From Bacteroidetes bacterium OLB10 (GTDB lineage: Bacteria; Bacteroidota; Bacteroidia; AKYH767-A; OLB10), in assembly GCA_001567275.1 (NCBI GenBank), contig LNBX01000025.1, positions 77,454 through 141,453 on the forward strand: DNA of 64,000 nucleotides. Direction: 5' to 3'. Below, in pieces: positions 59,709-64,000 of this stretch. Below the pieces are notes generated by a model. It saw only the letters and a program-made list of their open reading frames with translations, ran no database searches and was not told the origin of the DNA. The position numbers were made by a program, and so were the translations under genes. Numbering within the stretch: position 1 is the first letter of the stretch; every line of letters starts with the position of its first letter.

Positions 59709-61115
59709 TCAGGCCTGTGCCGGATGATTAATAACTTCTTTGATATCTAATATAATTTTTTCAGCGAGATTTTCTGCTGTTGTCAGACTCTCACTTTCGG
59801 CATAAATACGGATAATAGGTTCGGTGTTTGACTTTCGCAGATGAACCCATTCTTTTTCAAACTCGATTTTTACTCCGTCAATCGAATTAATTTTATGCTT
59901 CTTATATTTTTCTTTCATTGACTCGAGCACTCCATCAACACTGATCTCAGGTGTGAGTTCAATTTTATTCTTCGAAATAAAATAGTCAGGATAAGAAGCT
60001 CTCAGCATAGAAACAGATTTTCCATACAATGCCAGATGACTCAGGAATAATGCTATTCCTGCCAATGCATCACGGCCATAATGCAACTCAGGATAGATAA
60101 CTCCTCCATTGCCCTCACCACCGATGACAGCCTGCTTTGCTTTCATCATCTCCACCACATTCACTTCGCCAACAGCTGAAGCGTAATAAGTGCCTCCCGC
60201 TTTTTCGGTAACGTCACGTAATGCACGTGTTGACGAAAGATTACTCACTGTGTTTCCTTTGTTATGCTTCAGAACATAATCTGCAACTGCAACGAGTGTA
60301 TATTCCTCACCAAACATTTCTCCGTCTTCGCAAACCAGTGCCAGTCTGTCCACATCAGGGTCAACGCTGATTCCGAGATGCGCTTTGTTTTTTACAACTG
60401 TTTTGCTCAGATCAGTAAGATGTTCAGGAAGTGGTTCGGGGTTATGAGGAAAATTTCCGTCAGGTGTACAATATAATTCTGTTACTTCCTCTACTCCTAA
60501 TGCCTTTAACAAAGGCGGAAGTGCAATTCCACCTGAAGAGTTAACACAATCAATAACAACTTTAAATTTTTTCTCGGATATAGCTTTTCTGTTTACCAAA
60601 GGCAAAGCAAGAATAGCTTCAATATGTTTTTGAATAGCAGTATCATCTTTAGTTACAGTTCCGATTTGGTTGATCTGTGCAAATTCCATGTTGTCATTCT
60701 CTGCTATTTTGAGTAATTGCTCTCCGTCAGCAGCAGAAATAAACTCACCCTTGCCATTGAGTAATTTCAATGCATTCCACTGTTTGGGGTTGTGGCTTGC
60801 CGTCAGTATAATTCCTCCATGTGCTTTATGAAAGGTCACTGCCATTTCTACAGTCGGAGTAGTTGACAGACCTACATCAATAACATCCATCCCTTTTGCA
60901 GTAAGTGTTCCGCAAACAAGTTGATGAATCATGGGGCCGCTGATACGTGCATCACGGCCTAATACTATTTTACATTTAGTTTTGGGAGGGTGCTGCCCCT
61001 GCAACCAGGTGGCATAAGCAGCTGTAAATTTTACTACATCATAGGGTGTCAGCGAGTCACCAACCTTGCCTCCTATCGTTCCTCTGATCCCTGAAATTGA
61101 TTTAATTAACGTCAC
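59709..61115 (-). CDS. glmM: phosphoglucosamine mutase / phosphohexomutase family
   Basis: 468 aa with the phosphoserine loop TASHNP, GIRGTIGG and GGEGNGG. Confidence 0.8.
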   Translation of the reverse strand: MTLIKSISGIRGTIGGKVGDSLTPYDVVKFTAAYATWLQGQHPPKTKCKIVLGRDARISGPMIHQLVCGTLTAKGMDVIDVGLSTTPTVEMAVTFHKAHGGIILTASHNPKQWNALKLLNGKGEFISAADGEQLLKIAENDNMEFAQINQIGTVTKDDTAIQKHIEAILALPLVNRKAISEKKFKVVIDCVNSSGGIALPPLLKALGVEEVTELYCTPDGNFPHNPEPLPEHLTDLSKTVVKNKAHLGISVDPDVDRLALVCEDGEMFGEEYTLVAVADYVLKHNKGNTVSNLSSTRALRDVTEKAGGTYYASAVGEVNVVEMMKAKQAVIGGEGNGGVIYPELHYGRDALAGIALFLSHLALYGKSVSMLRASYPDYFISKNKIELTPEISVDGVLESMKEKYKKHKINSIDGVKIEFEKEWVHLRKSNTEPIIRIYAESESLTTAENLAEKIILDIKEVINHPAQA

Positions 61116-61159
61116 AATTTATGATTTTTATCAGTGCAAATATATCAAATTGGTTTGGC

Positions 61160-62119
61160 TCAGGCATGAAGATTTATGTCGTTAGTGAAGCAATTTTTTT
61201 TTGCCAGCACCTCAGCTATTTTACGGTTTGATTCATGTGTCCAACCGGCTATGTGAGGAGTAAGTATAACTTTCGCAGAGTGAATAAGATACTCAAATGG
61301 TTCAGGCATAGAATCTAATTTTTCGAAGGAGGATGTTTCATACTCATGTACGTCCAGGCATGCTCCTGAAACTTTACCGGATTTCAAATGCTTAACCAAA
61401 TGCGCTGTATTCAGACATTTGCCGCGGGCAGTATTGATTATATAAATGTTTTTTTGGCATGATGATATCAACTTATCATCTATAAAATAACGGGTTTCCT
61501 CAGTCAATGGCACATGCAAACTGATAACATCAGCCTGCTTCTGTAGTTCTTCCAGCGAAACCTGCCTGACATAAGGAAATTTTTCGTTATCAATCGAAAT
61601 GTATTTATCATAGGCCAGCAGGCTAACTCCCATTGCTGAAATTTTCTCGGCAAAAGCACTGCCCATATTTCCAAAACCAATAATTCCCACTGTTTTTCCG
61701 TGCAATTCGTTGCCTCTGTTTTCTTCTCTCAGCCAAATTCCACTTCTTACTTCTGCATCTGCTTTCAGTAGTTGATTCATCAAAGCAAGCAACATCATCA
61801 GTGCATGTTCGCCAACAGCATCGCGGTTTGCCTCAGGTGCGTTAAGGCATGCTATGCCCTGTTGTTCTGCAAAAGCCACATCAATATTTTCCATACCTGC
61901 ACCACCTCGCGCAATAAATTTCAGTTTGGCAGCTTTCTGAAGCAGTGATTTATCAACGGGCATCCTGCTTCGTATGGCTAAACCGTCAAAATCTTTTACC
62001 TGATTTTCTACCTCTTCACGACTCCAGTCATAAGCCTCAGTACAACTAAATTTCATTTCCCTGAGCATGGGAATAAATGATTCATGAAAAGTGTCTAATA
62101 AAAGTATGGAACCTGCCAT
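61160..62119 (-). CDS. D-isomer-specific 2-hydroxyacid dehydrogenase (phosphoglycerate dehydrogenase-like)
   Basis: 319 aa with the NAD-binding motif GIIGFGNMG and a catalytic R/E/H triad pattern. Confidence 0.75.
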   Translation of the reverse strand: MAGSILLLDTFHESFIPMLREMKFSCTEAYDWSREEVENQVKDFDGLAIRSRMPVDKSLLQKAAKLKFIARGGAGMENIDVAFAEQQGIACLNAPEANRDAVGEHALMMLLALMNQLLKADAEVRSGIWLREENRGNELHGKTVGIIGFGNMGSAFAEKISAMGVSLLAYDKYISIDNEKFPYVRQVSLEELQKQADVISLHVPLTEETRYFIDDKLISSCQKNIYIINTARGKCLNTAHLVKHLKSGKVSGACLDVHEYETSSFEKLDSMPEPFEYLIHSAKVILTPHIAGWTHESNRKIAEVLAKKNCFTNDINLHA

Positions 62120-62166
62120 ATATCATTGTTGTTTTAAAGTAAAAATCCCCCGTGTGAACAGAGGAT

Positions 62167-62277
62167 TTTCAGGTTATTACTTTTTTGCAACTTTAGCTGC
62201 TGCTTTTGGCTTACGTGCTTTTCTTTTCTTGCCATACGAACCAATAGCCAGTTTACCTTTACGTGATTTTTTATCTC
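62167..62277 (-). CDS. 30S ribosomal protein Thx (36 aa, absent from the ORF track)
   Basis: MGKGDKKSRKGKLAIGSYGKKRKARKPKAAAKVAKK matches the Thx family pattern (GKGD..T..GK…G.YGK.RPRK) found in Bacteroidota/Thermus. Confidence 0.65.
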
Positions 62278-62401
62278 CTTTACCCATAATATTAAAATTC
62301 TACAGCAAAGGTATTCTGAACAAAACAGTTTTGCAAATGCCATGTTTTTACTCTATTGAAAACAATGTTATCTTAGCATCCCTTTTAAAATTAAATTATT
62401 A

Positions 62402-62899
62402 ATGCAGAAAGTTGATTCCACAAACAGTTACGAACTTTATGACTCTATGAATGAATTGCCTTTGGAATGGCGCAATCTTATGCTTGATGCACGCAAAGCA
62501 ACTCAAACAGCCTATGTTCCATATTCCGATTTTCATGTAGGTGCTGCTGTTCTTCTCGAAAACGGATTGACTGTTACAGGTTCTAATCAGGAAAATGCTG
62601 CTTACCCATCAGGGCTTTGTGCTGAGCGGGTAGCTGTGTTTGCTGCAAGTGCTCATCATCCGGGTGTAAAATTTAAAGCTATTGCAGTTGCTGCTTTTGC
62701 CGGAAAAAATACATCCCCTGTAGCGGTAAGCCCCTGTGGAAACTGCCGTCAGGTAATGACTGAGTATGAACATTTGTTTGGTAATGACATCAGGTTTATC
62801 ATGCAAGGCGAAGGCGAGAAAATTATTGTTCTGAAAAATGTAAAATCGCTCCTCCCATTTACATTTACTGCAGAGCAATTAAGTGAATCAAATAAATGA
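62402..62899 (+). CDS. cdd: cytidine deaminase
   Basis: 165 aa with zinc-binding CAER….PCGNCRQ motifs. Confidence 0.85.
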   Translation: MQKVDSTNSYELYDSMNELPLEWRNLMLDARKATQTAYVPYSDFHVGAAVLLENGLTVTGSNQENAAYPSGLCAERVAVFAASAHHPGVKFKAIAVAAFAGKNTSPVAVSPCGNCRQVMTEYEHLFGNDIRFIMQGEGEKIIVLKNVKSLLPFTFTAEQLSESNK

Positions 62900-63099
62900 C
62901 ATCTGTATCATTCAATTCAAAAAAATATGATTCTGCATGCGTTTACAACTTTTATCAATTCATCACAAAACCATCAATTTCACTCTTAACCAATACTTAT
63001 CAAAGTAGATATAAAACAATGTATTTCATTTTCACTTGAGTCAGACTACCCTTTTTCTTAACTCAATAATATTATCTTATTTTTGCATCAAACAAAATT

Positions 63100-64000
63100 A
63101 TGGCTAAACAAAAATTTTCGAAAGAAACTTATCTGAAATGGTACGAAGAAATGCTGCTCATGCGAAGATTTGAAGAGCGTGCCGGTCAGCTTTATGGTAT
63201 GCAAAAGATTAAAGGTTTCTGTCATTTATATATTGGTCAGGAAGCAGTGGTTGCAGGAGCTTTGTCAGTAATTACACCTGATGACAATATGATTACAGCA
63301 TATCGCGATCATGCTCATGCTTTAGGAAAAGGGACTTCGGCCAGGGCAGTAATGGCTGAACTGTTTGCCAAGGCAACAGGATGCAGCAAAGGCAAAGGTG
63401 GAAGTATGCACCTGTTTGATGCCTCTAAACGGTTTTTCGGAGGACATGGAATTGTTGGAGGTCAAATTCCATTAGGTGCGGGAATTGCATTTGCTGAAAA
63501 ATATAAAGGAACCAAAAACGTAACATTGTGTTATATGGGCGATGGCGCCATCAGGCAAGGTGCTTTTCATGAAGCATTAAATATGGCCATGACCTGGAAA
63601 CTGCCTGTGGTATTTATTATTGAAAACAATCATTATGCAATGGGAACATCTGTGCAACGCACAAGCAATGTTACAGAGTTGTATAAGTTAGGCGAAGCAT
63701 TTAACATGCCCAGCGAACCGGTAGATGGGATGACTGTGGAAACTGTGCATGATGCCATGCAGAAAGCTGTTGATCACTGTAGAAATGGCAATGGTCCTTA
63801 TCTGCTCGAAATGCATACTTACCGCTACAAAGGACACTCGATGAGTGATCCTGCCAAGTACCGTAGCAAAGAAGAAGTGGAAAGTTACAAACATCAGGAT
63901 CCGATTGATAAAGTACATCAAACCATTCTCGATAAAAAATTTGCAACCAAGGAAGAACTGGAAGCAATTGAAAAACGTGTGCAGGAAATTGTTGAAGACA
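63100..64000 (+). CDS. pdhA: pyruvate dehydrogenase E1 component alpha subunit (3' end beyond window)
   Basis: MAKQKFSKETYLKWYEEMLLMRRFEERAGQLYGMQKIKGFCHLYIGQEA… and the TPP-binding GDGA..QG motif. Frame open to the window edge. Confidence 0.85.
   Translation, partial: MAKQKFSKETYLKWYEEMLLMRRFEERAGQLYGMQKIKGFCHLYIGQEAVVAGALSVITPDDNMITAYRDHAHALGKGTSARAVMAELFAKATGCSKGKGGSMHLFDASKRFFGGHGIVGGQIPLGAGIAFAEKYKGTKNVTLCYMGDGAIRQGAFHEALNMAMTWKLPVVFIIENNHYAMGTSVQRTSNVTELYKLGEAFNMPSEPVDGMTVETVHDAMQKAVDHCRNGNGPYLLEMHTYRYKGHSMSDPAKYRSKEEVESYKHQDPIDKVHQTILDKKFATKEELEAIEKRVQEIVED

Noticed and set aside
62134-62343. 69-aa minus-strand ORF MAFAKLFCSEYLCC…
   Set aside because: It overlaps, in a different frame, the much better supported 36-aa ribosomal protein Thx gene. 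It has no motifs.

Overview
This 64-kb window is a Bacteroidota-type chromosomal segment, about 40% GC, with dense coding on both strands. The lineage call rests on a SusC/SusD pair, a T9SS-sorted S8 peptidase, a fused CcoN-CcoO cbb3 oxidase subunit, ribosomal protein Thx, and bamD-rpoZ-coaBC-DUF4835 and LemA-TPM-TPM synteny. Most of the window is housekeeping: asnS, pyrG, surE-lpxB, fbp, pdhB and a distant pdhA, dut, coaBC, glmM, cdd, waaA/kdtA, folE, a complete cbb3 oxidase cluster, and envelope polysaccharide genes. It opens inside an alpha-2-macroglobulin gene that is translationally coupled to pbpC. The only clearly accessory segment is an ~0.9-kb islet at 27185-28085 beside a tRNA(CAT) gene. 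It is bounded by 30-bp direct repeats and packed with GC-rich palindromic repeat elements, a 51-bp tandem duplication, the C-terminal stub of a DNA methyltransferase/restriction enzyme, and a truncated DinD-like gene, so it reads as a decayed tRNA-associated defence islet. The most distinctive sequence-level signal is at least five, possibly six, genes broken by single-base length changes in A/T homopolymers of 5-8 nt, plus one by a TA dinucleotide insertion. Four of these displace a secretion signal or split a conserved domain. This looks like systematic homopolymer sequencing error or a genome carrying many recent pseudogenes. Two small genes missing from the ORF track, ccoQ-like and ribosomal protein Thx, and several regulatory hairpins and palindromes are also recorded. 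No CRISPR array, rRNA or intact mobile element is present.
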